A stretch of DNA of 64,000 nt, from assembly GCA_964016885.1 (NCBI GenBank), contig OZ024751.1, positions 9,114,001-9,178,000 of the forward strand, in the 5' to 3' direction. Of this stretch, positions 52,821 through 64,000 are shown piece by piece. Source of the stretch: Eledone cirrhosa (taxonomy: Eukaryota). Every line of letters begins with the position of its first letter. Within the stretch, counting starts at the first letter, position 1. The position numbers and the translations under genes were made by a program. The notes below the pieces were generated by a model. The model was not told the origin of the DNA. It worked only from the letters and a program-made list of their open reading frames with translations, and ran no database searches.

Positions 52821-55800
52821 GCTGAAATAAATAATACCTGGAACATAATACGGCCATTGAGGAAATGAATGCTGAGGGGCTAGAACAAGATTTGGTTGAT
52901 ATCCTAAACTTAGTGGTAGATGAAATGAACAAAGATAATGGGAAACCTATGAACCTAAGATTTGTAGACATGAAAAAGTTAAAAGAAACAACAGCTAAGG
53001 TAAACAAAGTCATCCCATACCTTGAGGCGAGGAACCTTAACCAGTGCAACAATATTCTCAAAGCAACAGGAAATGCGGTGAATAAATTACTTGGCATAAA
53101 AGCGAGAGGAAAAAACAAACAAGAAAGATCAGAACCTTGGTGGAAGAAACGACTGAATGGTCAAATCAGGGAAATGAGAAATGACATTGGAAAGCTTGAG
53201 TCCCTACTGAATGGGACACTACAAAACACAGAGACTAAAAATAGACTGGAAATAAAGTACAAAACTAGGAGGAAAAAGCTAAATATTATCATAGAGGAAC
53301 TGAAGCAACGCATTGTAACAAAGAGCACAAAGATTAGGCGATACGAGAGCAGAGTCAGTCAGTATAGACAGAACCGCATGTTTGACAACAGCCAGAAGAT
53401 GTTGTTTGTACAGCTTGAATGGAAAGAAAGAGACAACGACTTGATCCCTGAGGCGGAACAAACTAAGACATTCTGGAGAGGAATATGGGAGCAGGGTGTT
53501 GAACATAATGATCAGGCAGTGTGGATTGAGACAGTACAAAAAGAGATTAGTGAACAGGCACACCAACAAACTGATTTGAATATCACAGTTGAAACTCTTA
53601 AGGGGCTGGCCAGAAAACTAACCAACTGGAAATCACCAGGTCCAGATGGTGTGGAGGGGTATTGGATTAGAATTATAACATCCCTCCACCCGAACTGACA
53701 ACCATGTTCAATGACTGCTTGGTGAGGTACCAGAGTGGTTGACAAAAGGTACCACAGTTCTGGTAATGAAATACCGAACCAAGGGTAATGATGTTAGCAA
53801 CTATAGACCTATCACATGTCTGTCCGTAATGTGGAAACTGTTGACAAGCATTATGTCTGAGGAAATCTACCATCAGCTCCACACAAACAACTTGTTACCG
53901 GACGAACAGAAGGGATGCCGAAAGAAGTCCCGTGGTACAAAGGACCAGTTACTTATTGATAAGATGGTAATGAGGAATTGCAGGAGGAGACACACTGGTC
54001 TTGCCATGGGATGGATAGACTACAAAAAGGCATTCGACATGGTACCTCATTCTTGGATAACCAAAAGAGATCTTCGGGGTGACAGATAACATCAGACAGT
54101 TGTTCAGCAAAAGTATGAAGTCCTGGAAAACCGAGTTAACATCGGGCAGAGAATCCTTAGGAGGCGTGAGGATCAAGAGAGGTGTCTTCCAGGGAGATAG
54201 TCTGTCCCCTCTGTTGTTTGTCCTTGCCCTGATCCCCCTGATCATTATACTGCGAAAAGTGAGAGCAGGATACAAGTTGGGGAAGGGAGAGCTTACGATC
54301 AATCACCTTCTCTTCATGGACACTCTAAGCTCTTCAGGAAGAGTGAGAAGGAGATGGATGTACTTGTTGACACTGTCCGTATTTACAGGAATGATATACG
54401 TATGAAATTTGGTATTAGTAAGTGTGGAGTCCTTGTGATGAAGAGGGGCAAATTGAGCAGAAGCAAGGGAATCCAGGTACCAACAAGTGAGATGATAAAG
54501 GAAATTGATGCTGAAAAGGGATACAATTATTTAGGTGTTCTGGAGGCTGATGACATCAAGAAAAAAAAATGAAGGAATTGATAAGATCTGAATACAATCG
54601 GAGGAGAGTAAGGAGCGTACGAATGTCACATCTGAACAGTAGGAATGCCGTGCAGTAAATTCCCGATCTGAGTCTATTATTAGGTAGAGTGCGGGAATTC
54701 TGAGATGGAATGTTGCTGAACAAAAAGAAATGGGTAGGAAGACTAGGAAGGTATCGACTACCTACAACATGTTCCACAAGAGGAGTGATGTCGATAGACT
54801 CTACTTAAGGAGATCTGAAGTTGGAAGAGGTCTTATCAGCATAGAGGACTGTGTTCATATGGAGAAAAACAACCTACACAAATACGTGACTTATAGTAGG
54901 GAGCCAATGCTCAGAGTTGTACTGAAGGAGAGGACAATAGACCAAGGGATGTCCAAGGAGGAAATAACAACCAGGAGAAAGAGCAACATTCATGAAAAAT
55001 CCCTTCATAGTACCTTCTTTGAGAAAACTGAATTTAGAGATCCACAGACATGGAACTGGTTTAAAAGAGGAGACCTTAAAAAGACTACAGAAGGAATGCT
55101 AATGGCTGCGTATGAGCAGGCCCTCAAAACGAAGTGGCTGAAACACCATATTTACAAGGAGGAGGTTATCCCACTGTGTAGGATCTGTGGAGAGAGGAGG
55201 AGACTGTGGCTCACATTGTATCCGAGTGTAAAGACCTAGCCCAGACTCACCACAAAGGCTGGAGACATGATGTGATGGGCAGGGTAATCCACAGGTAGCT
55301 ATGCAAAGTAAACAATTTACCACATTCTGAGAAGTGGTATGAGCATAAGCCAGAGACGGTGATGGAAAACGATCAGGTGAAGGTGCTGTGGGATTTTAGG
55401 ATACAGGCGGACAAGCAACTGGAACACAATAGACCTGACCTGGTGATTTTGGACAAAGAAAAAAGATCGCGCCTGATTGTGGATGTGGCCTGCCCATTCG
55501 ACACGAGAGTGCAAGAGAAGGAGAGGGGGAAAATTAACCGATACTAGGAGTTAAAGTGGGAGGTAAAAAGTATTTGGAACTGCCATGAAGTCAAAGTGGT
55601 CCCGATTGTCATAGGCGCAATATGTAATATCTCAAAGAGTTTCCAAGGATGGTTAAAGAAAATTGGTCCCGCCCCGCTTTTTGGAACACTTCAAAAGGCA
55701 TGCTTGCTGGGAACAGCAAGAACCCTCCGATACGTCCTGAATATCTGAGGCTGCAGGTAGTGGCTTGATATTCATTTCAACAAACTTTCCAGTTAAATAA

Positions 55801-55823
55801 CATCAATGACTGAGACTCAAAGA
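52821..55823 (+). mobile_element. R4/Dong-like family A copy 3, 5'-truncated, more diverged, frameshifted
   Basis: Collinear with A2 from ~49771 through the 3' UTR, with multiple indels and stops. Confidence 0.92.
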
Positions 55824-55875
55824 ACAATAATAACAAAAATAATTTAAAAAAGAAAATAATAATAATAATAATAAT

Positions 55876-56824
55876 ACTTTCTTTATTAACCACAAAGGTT
55901 TACATAAAGTAGACATTAAGGACAGTACAGGACAATACAGGACGGTACAAATGGGAATTTCTGCGTGTAAAAAACAAAAACAGAGGATGTAACAAAAAAT
56001 AACAATGAAAAATTCCCCAATACGGGGGAGACTTACGAGGGACATTTGTGGAGAAAGCCCATTAAAAGGTCACAGTGACCCTGACCACCAGGGAAAGTGC
56101 CCTCTTCCAGTTTTCCACCTTCAATTTACAGGCATATACTCAGAGTAGGTTCATTCACTCGGGCCATTCTTGCCTCTCTCACTCATCTTTCAACAAAATG
56201 CTGGGAAGAGAACACTTCCCTCTCAACCCTGATTTTCCTTTTCAAATTTCATTTGAAAAAGTTAATCAGGGCATTACCGAAGAGGTAAGTGCTTGTCTTC
56301 AGCCCTTTCAAACGTGTCCATCATACTATCTCTTTCGCTATGGCCACCAGACAGATAAAAACTGCCTGCACTTCCAGGCTAAAGGAAGAGGGCAGGGTAA
56401 TCTTCACGATGGACTCAGCTGATAGCTGGATCCGGCCTACACGCGACAGCAGGGGTTCGACATAAACCCACAAGTCAGCAATGCTCGGACACTGGACGAG
56501 TGCGTGCAGGACGGTTCGTCGCCCTGCGCGCATCTTGGACAAGCCCGGTTGACGGCATTTCCATGCCTGTAGAGTTTATCCCAAACTGGCAAAGCTCCTC
56601 GGTAACACTGCCTGGCCAGGGATTTCTGGAAATTGTCCATAGGCGCTGGCCCGAAAGTTCTTCCGAAGAGATTGGCTAGTTGATTTTCGTCGACGCCTAG
56701 TGTTTCCCCAAGTACGTCGTCGCTCTTCCCCTCCACTAATCCTCTATAGAACGCCAAGGTGGAGTTTCCAACGATCATATTGGCCGACTGGTCAAGGGCA
56801 GTAAACGTCTGAAGACATTCCAGT
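55876..56824 (-). mobile_element. 5'-truncated copy of the Tx1-like element
   Basis: Collinear with 42724-43654. TAA repeats lie at 55855-55875 and 56832-56855. Confidence 0.9.
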
Positions 56825-58560
56825 GATCATCATAATAATAATAATAATAATAATACAACTGCCGGCACCACAACTATTATTGCTCCTTCATCTACTACTT
56901 CATTTTCTTCTACTACCGCCACCATCACTACCACTAATATCACCACCACCATCACGATTACTATTGCTACTACTACTACTTCTGCTACTGCAGCAGTTTT
57001 TCCTTCACACTTCTAAAAATGTTAAACTATGTTGATCTTCATCGCATTTCTTCTGCATTTTATTGTTTTTGTTCTACTTTATTATTGTTCATTGTTCTTC
57101 TTCGTATTGCTTCTCTTTTTTTTCTTATTTGTATGCTTCTTCTTATTATTGTTGTTGTAATTGTTACTGTTATTATTATTGTGCCTAAATCAGAAACGAC
57201 TATTGATATTAGTGTTGTTGTTGTTGTTGTTGTTGTTCTCTATCGCCTTTGTATTTTCTACCAGACACTATAATCTGCTGACCATGTCCTTCGAGGTCTT
57301 TCTTGTATGTTATCTCTTTTATGAAGTGCATTCAGTTTCACTTTCAAGATAGGAGAATTTCACAGAACATTTTTCCTTTCTTTCACTTTCCCCTTGTATC
57401 TGCGGGCTTCTGGTTTCCATTAATACCAAACAACATTATTTCCAGTTAAGTGGAATCTTTGCAACAACAAAAACAACAACAATAAAAAATAATGAAAAGG
57501 AAAGAAAAAAAACGGCACCATTTAGCTTTTTCTTTCAAAAATTTACATGTTATTGTTACGATTTTCCTTTTCCTGCTGCATTCAGATAACGCTTTTATAA
57601 CACACCTCATTTCACAATAATTCTGTTAGTTTAGTCCAGTTAAACAATTCTTTCTCAGTATATCTCTCCTCATTCACTACATTTCTTACAATTCGGTTTT
57701 CTTTTATTCTTTAGACATGGTTATTAAAAATGATTTTCTTTTCTTCTACCCATTTTCACGTACTTCCTCAGACTAATATTTTGTACGTTTTACTGAATTC
57801 ATCGTTTGTTCGCCATTGTTCATTAACTTTATATTTGAATGTTTCTATTCTCAAATTAGTATTTTGATAATTTTCCATGAGAAAACAGTTGAATTCATTG
57901 AAAGGAAACTCGACGTGAAGAGAAACCCAGAGAGCTCGAATATTCAATGCCGCTTTGTATGTTGCACTAATGACATTCAAAATAAAATAACATATCTTGC
58001 CATTTTATCTCCTTAAATTTAGGCAATATCATGTTTTAACCCCCAGTATAATAAATGCGATCCAATAACGCTAGATGTTCATAAGAAATAAACACCATTT
58101 AAAAACAGAGTCGAAAATAGGGTGTAATATAGCCATAGAAAAGGTGCTGAAAGGTTCCTGGCTAAATGGTATGGCGAAAGGGTAGAGCTCTTAGATTTAC
58201 GGGAGAGGTTGGATCACTGTAAGAAGTGTGTGAATCTTAGAGGGGAATATTTTGAATAAAATCATAATTAACTGATCCTCCTGTATTTTCTTTTAAACCA
58301 AAACCAGGAGATTTTCAGTTCCGCCTCCTATAGCGAACAGAATTCTTGTAGTTAGGACACGTATCATCTTAAATCTGTTTGGTTTGGACTGATCTTTGAT
58401 TAAACAGCAGTATCAATAATAAAACAATTAACTCAAATATTTTTAATATAACCCAAATATAAAAAAAAACATATAATGCATAAGTTTTCGTTTTAGCAGT
58501 CGCACAAATTATTTGATATGGCTTATGCGTGTGTATATATATATACATATATATATATAA

Positions 58561-58605
<45 letters not shown>

Positions 58606-58640
58606 TGTGTGTGAGTGTGTGTGTGTGTCTGTGTGTCTGT

Positions 58641-58683
<43 letters not shown>

Positions 58684-58775
58684 TATACATATTTAGATTT
58701 ATGTATCAGCTGTGCTAGAGCGAGGAAGAAATTTCTAATACTATATATTTTCAGCAGATTGGCAGAGAGCTAAAC

Positions 58776-58930
58776 AGTCCTGACTAAGGGTAATGACCCA
58801 GAAACATGTCTATTGTCCCTCGATGCCAGTGTTGAACAAATGGATGACGATTGGTAATCGGCACGGCAAAGCTTTCATCGGGCTGTTTGTTTACAAATTA
58901 ATTGAATATTATTATAAATGTTCGATATAA
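58776..58930 (+). mobile_element. Short repeat with a decayed hammerhead-like motif, homologous to ~33550-33695
   Basis: CTGACTAA-GGG-TAATGA-CCC-A-GAAAC-AT-GTC. Shared blocks gtgttgaacaaa, tcgggctgtttgtttacaaa and ataaatgttc. Confidence 0.5.
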
Positions 58931-58981
58931 CACATACGTATTATGTATATGTATATGTGTGTGTACGTATGCATACTTACA

Positions 58982-59041
<60 letters not shown>

Positions 59042-59091
59042 TAAAATAACAGATTAAAATTTAAGCAAAGAATCGCTTTTACTATTATTAC

Positions 59092-59149
<58 letters not shown>

Positions 59150-59594
59150 TATGTAATCCAAAGGCTGCTACAGAATTTTTTTTTTATTAGTAAAGCTGAC
59201 TTTATGTTCTAATAGTGACTACATTTAGCACTTTCATTAACCTAAATTTTCTCAGACAATATGATTTATTACTTCACGTATAAATCAATATTTTAATATA
59301 TATATATATATACAGAAAACACACACATATATATATATATAAAGGAGTAGTAACACAACCGTTAGCTCAACATACCGAAAACATTTGTTTCACCTTATCC
59401 GGATCTTCAGCTCGGACTGGTAATGGTTATACTGTATAACCAATTGTTCTTTGTATGGTGAACTAACTGTTGTCTTACTACTTCTAACAAACTCGTCCCA
59501 TGGACTGAGTGCTCTACCACTACGGATATTACCTTCCAGTGTTCTACCTCTTTCTCTCTCTCGCCCTCTCCCTCTCTCTCTCTTGCTCTATATG

Positions 59595-59632
<38 letters not shown>

Positions 59633-59697
59633 TACACGGGTGTGTATGATTGAGTATAGAAGATTATATTAATAAAAGGAATTCCCACTTTGTCTGA

Positions 59698-60100
59698 TTT
59701 TTATTTACAATCCTTTAAAATTTATAATGGTATTAGAATGAAATAGTATGGTAGAATATTAAATGTTACGTGTTAATTGAACAAGTACTTTCATGCTTTC
59801 GCAATCGACAGGTTCTATTGTGTGGAATTTTGCAATGTTTGCATGTTTTAACCCCCATTATAATAAATGCGATCCACTTTTGCAACTTTTGCATGTTTTA
59901 ACCCCCAGTATAATAAATGCGATCCAAGTTTGCAATTTTCAACTGTCAGTTGAAAATTGCAAACTTGACTGTCACCATACAATAGAACCTGAAGATTCCG
60001 AAAGCATGAAAGTACTTGTTCAATTAACACTTAACATTTAATATTCTACCATACTATTTCATTCTAATACTATTATACATTTTAAAGGATTGTAAATAAA
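59698..60100. repeat. Inverted repeat (~127-bp arms) enclosing a tandem duplication and an inner hairpin
   Basis: Arms 59698-59825 and 59975-60100. Inner gcatgttttaacccc..aatgcgatcca occurs twice (third copy at ~58030). Hairpin aagtttgcaattttcaactg-t-cagttgaaaattgcaaactt. Confidence 0.9.
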
Positions 60101-60309
60101 ACGAGTATATAAGAAAGAATGTCGAAGTACTGAGATTGGGCTTTGAGATTACCTTAGGTGTGAGTTTCACATATATGACAGATCATGACATTTATAACAA
60201 AGCATTTCTGAGTGATCAGTCAATGAATAGGTAACAGGTCGTTCGAAATATAAGAAATATAAAGTATATGGATATGAAGAAAACTAAAACACACATATAC
60301 ATACATTCA

Positions 60310-60500
60310 AAATGAGTTGCACCTGTAATTCGAAGGGCCTGCCTTGTCATATTCTGTGGCATGCGGAATCCCCCGGATCTACGTTAAGGCTACGTGTGTC
60401 TGTGGAATGGTCAGCCATTACTCGTTAATTTCACGAGAAAGCTGTTCCGTTGATCGTATCGACTGGAACATATGCCGTCGTAGCTGAGAGACCGCCAAGA
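60310..60500 (+). mobile_element. 3' part of a second SINE or LINE-tail repeat ending in (CA)n
   Basis: GC-richer island ending gccgtcgtagctgagagaccgccaag before (CA)n. It resembles, from recall only, an abundant octopus repeat. Confidence 0.4.
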
Positions 60501-60503
60501 AGG

Positions 60504-60605
<102 letters not shown>

Positions 60606-60855
60606 TTATATATTATATATATATATAATCCTTGAAGTTGTAACTAAATCGTATTGATTATATAATCCTTGAAGTTGATAGCTAAATCTTATATTAATGT
60701 ATATATATATATATAGTTGTTATATATTAAGGTGTATTATTGCTTGTGTCAAACGTTCCAATAAATTTTTGTTAGCAATATTAAGTTCTCCACGCTTTTG
60801 TATCTCTCCAATTCCATTTATGGGAACAGCTAGATTATGTAAAATGGAGAATTTG

Positions 60856-61150
60856 TATCAAAATAAAAATCCGAAGACATGGTATAAATTTCCAATCATT
60901 TTAATCACGACACATGTTTCAATAAGATATAGATCGATCGTGTAGCCATGATCGATTATCACTAAACTCTGTGAGTGAACACCGTTAATATTCTCCCTCA
61001 TATCAAGGCTTTGAAGACAATTTATTTTCACCTGACGAGTGCAGTGATAATCGCTCATGGCTACACGATCGATGTATCTCTTATTGAAACATATGACGTG
61101 ATTAAAATGATTGGAAATTTATACCATGCCTTCGGATCTTTATTTTGATA
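60856..61150. repeat. Inverted repeat, ~108-bp arms
   Basis: 60856-60963 versus 61043-61150. Confidence 0.9.
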
Positions 61151-61283
61151 TATATATATATATTACCTCTGGTAATGGGGTAATAATATTGTATTGATAT
61201 TATACATTAAATTTTGCTCTGATACTGACATAGAGCACTCTTCATTTCTATGACCTTTTCTGTTTCTAACTGAAATTTCAATA

Positions 61284-61343
<60 letters not shown>

Positions 61344-61548
61344 ATTTAGCTATCTATTTGTAACAACTTCAAGGATTACTGAATAAGGAACCCTCTAAGG
61401 ATCACTCTATGATATGATCGACCTCCTGAGGTAAACTTCTTGTTGAGTCAAGAGTCACTCTATGCTGAAGCAGTCCTCGATAAGAATTACTCTAACTCTT
61501 GAACTAGTGTAACTGAAAACGATAAAATCTCATACCTATATATATAAA

Positions 61549-61590
<42 letters not shown>

Positions 61591-61845
61591 GATGTGGATA
61601 TGTGTGTATGATATGCAGTGCTTTTATGATACTTACAGCTGTTCACTTAGATTTAAATTTATCATCATCAGACTATAAATATATTGTAAATTGAAAACAT
61701 ATATCATATATCAATATGGTTATTTCTGGGAATTTATTCGTTTTTCTGAACGGCTACACTATTAAAAGAATTATATGTTTCTAAATATGAAATATTTCGT
61801 GTTTGTCAATACATACAAACATATATCTATCTATCTCTCTCTCTC

Positions 61846-61897
<52 letters not shown>

Positions 61898-61972
61898 TTT
61901 TATTAAGGCTAAATTGTGAGTCTTGTTACTCTGGAGTTATGGTTGTTTATTCCATTAATATATAAATGTGTG

Positions 61973-62025
<53 letters not shown>

Positions 62026-62661
62026 ATGTTGAGTAAAATATACCTTTAAACCTAATTCGTATAGGAAATTCCTAGCAAATCTATAATTCAAGTATCGATA
62101 CTTGATTCTACTTGTTGACAGAGATGTGAATTTAATTTCAACTTATTCCATGTAATCATAAATCTTAATGATACATCATATTTCACTGAAAATGTTTTAG
62201 GGATTCTTTTCGAAAGGTCATTCAGTCGTTGGTAACGTGTCTGTTTTGTGCTATAATGTTTATTTTTAATAATATTCCAATTAGATTATTGTCCGATACA
62301 AGTAAGCAGGAAATGCTACAACATTACTGGTCCATCTAGATATATTCAAACTGATGACACCGTGCCAAATAAAATGAATATTTTAGTAAAGAAATCTTAT
62401 ATCAGCCTTGCATTATTTATGTGTGTCAGGAAATAACGAGTCACCATTGTGGAAAAACTGCTGGAGGTTACCGAAATATTTTATTCTTTAATGCATTCTT
62501 TTCACATTTCTTACAGAGGCTACGATATCTATGTCGTTCAATTGTCAAATATCGATCTACTAACATCGGCACAACAGTACACATATTAACCTGTGGATAT
62601 AGTCAATTTAGTTGACCGCAGGATATGACTGGTTTTATGTTATAGTTCTCTCTCTCCTTCT

Positions 62662-62731
<70 letters not shown>

Positions 62732-63373
62732 TCTCTCCTTCTCTCGCCCCTCTCTCTCTTTATCTCGCCCCCTCTCTCTCTCCCCCTCTCTCCCTCTCTC
62801 TCTCACACAAAAATACGAACATTTATGGAAGAGAAATTCGATCACATGTTTAGCTGATACGTCGATCTGTCCAGTAGGTTATATACTAATCAGTAACTAA
62901 TATTTCCAAATTAAAAACGACTTCACAATTGCAAATACGTATCCTAGAGTGCAGTTTTCAGCCTATCAAGTCGTTGTTGTTATTTTAGTTTAACATCATG
63001 TCACACTTGTCATCACATTCCGCCTGAAGTGGCGATCCCCCACTTACTTTGGAGTGGATGAGAGAAGTCTTCTCTTCTGAAAATGGGTATAGCTTTCATT
63101 ATGTAAAATCTCCCCATTGTGCTTGGTACACCACGTTTGGGTTTTTAGAGGTTGGCAAGTCTGTCATTTTTGCATTCCAGGAGTGATCATTAGCTACCAT
63201 CCCCATTCACGTCTTGGTACATATTAAACACTACGTTGTTAAGAATTTTACAACTACATCTATCAAATATATATATCAGCTTTCAAATTCCGAAATCTGC
63301 TCTGTCAAAAAATTTTGAAATATTTTAACCTCTAAATGTAATCTGTAAAATATTATAAATCACATAAATAAAA

Positions 63374-63768
63374 ATAATTGTTTCTACTTTAGGCACAAGG
63401 CCAGTAATTACCCTGTACATTACTGGTACTTTATTTTGTCGAATCCGTAAGGATGAAAGGCAAAGTTAACCTCAGCGGGATTTGAACTCAGACTGTAAAG
63501 GGACGTAACTATGCTAGAGAGCATGGCGTCCAACCCTCTACCGATACTGCCAATTCACCATTAATTCACATAATTAAAAATGATTGTTTCTACTTTAGGC
63601 ACAAGGCCAGCAATTAGCCAGTGCATTACTGGTACTTTATTTTATCGACCCCTTAAGGATGAAAGGCAAAGTCAACCTCGGCGGGATTTGAACTCAGATC
63701 GTAAAGGGACGTAACTATGCTGGAAAGCATGGCGTCCGACCCTCTACCGATACTGCCAATCCACCGCC
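63374..63768 (-). mobile_element. Two tandem full-length tRNA-derived SINE copies (63374-63560, 63580-63768)
   Basis: Both match 34065-34252 end to end. A related cacataa.taaaaat flank precedes each copy. Confidence 0.92.
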
Positions 63769-64000
63769 TAAATTAAAAATAATGATTACTTTTCACACCT
63801 TAAAATTCAGTCTTTTAGGTCTGTAAATCTCTTTGACACGGTAGTTTCCACACAAAAAACGCCTAACTCTGGTTACTTCTAGAATACAATTTTACAATAA
63901 TCTGCTTGACCAAGAATATTATGGTCACAGTCAACATCAACTTCAGCTAACAATATATAAATGTGGGTACTGAAAATCGTTTACAATCGGGAATAAAAAT

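Noticed and set aside
57768-58016. Short ORFs in non-repetitive sequence
   Set aside because: They are only 66-70 aa with no motif and no splice support.
63000-63220. Possible host exon (minus-strand gtaagtg donor at ~63041-63047)
   Set aside because: No recognisable protein similarity or convincing open frame; it would need RNA-seq.

Overview
AT-rich, microsatellite-saturated animal DNA with no recognisable host protein-coding exon. The tRNA-derived SINE family and repeat content suggest an octopus or other cephalopod (inference). Almost all interpretable sequence is mobile DNA. (1) There are two families (A, B) of single-ORF R4/Dong-like non-LTR retrotransposons (RT + CCHC + restriction-like endonuclease), including one uninterrupted 1130-aa copy. 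(2) There is a two-ORF Tx1/L1-clade element (APE-RT). (3) Penelope-like elements (PLE; RT + C-terminal GIY-YIG) and many short PLE-like relics sit in (TA)n tracts and carry intact or decayed hammerhead-ribozyme motifs. (4) There are also CR1-like and RTE-like fragments, Tc1/mariner relics, SINEs and many fold-back palindromes. The most notable structure is a ~21 kb chain (35968-56855) of six retroelements from three families joined only by (TAA)n tracts, with R4/Dong copies on one strand and Tx1 copies on the other. This suggests a (TAA)n-targeting Tx1 family. The two divergent R4/Dong families share a 5' leader, and family A has a candidate pseudoknot with a compensatory base change just upstream of its AUG. 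Most short ORFs in the track are microsatellite artefacts. All calls were made by eye; no searches or folding programs were run.
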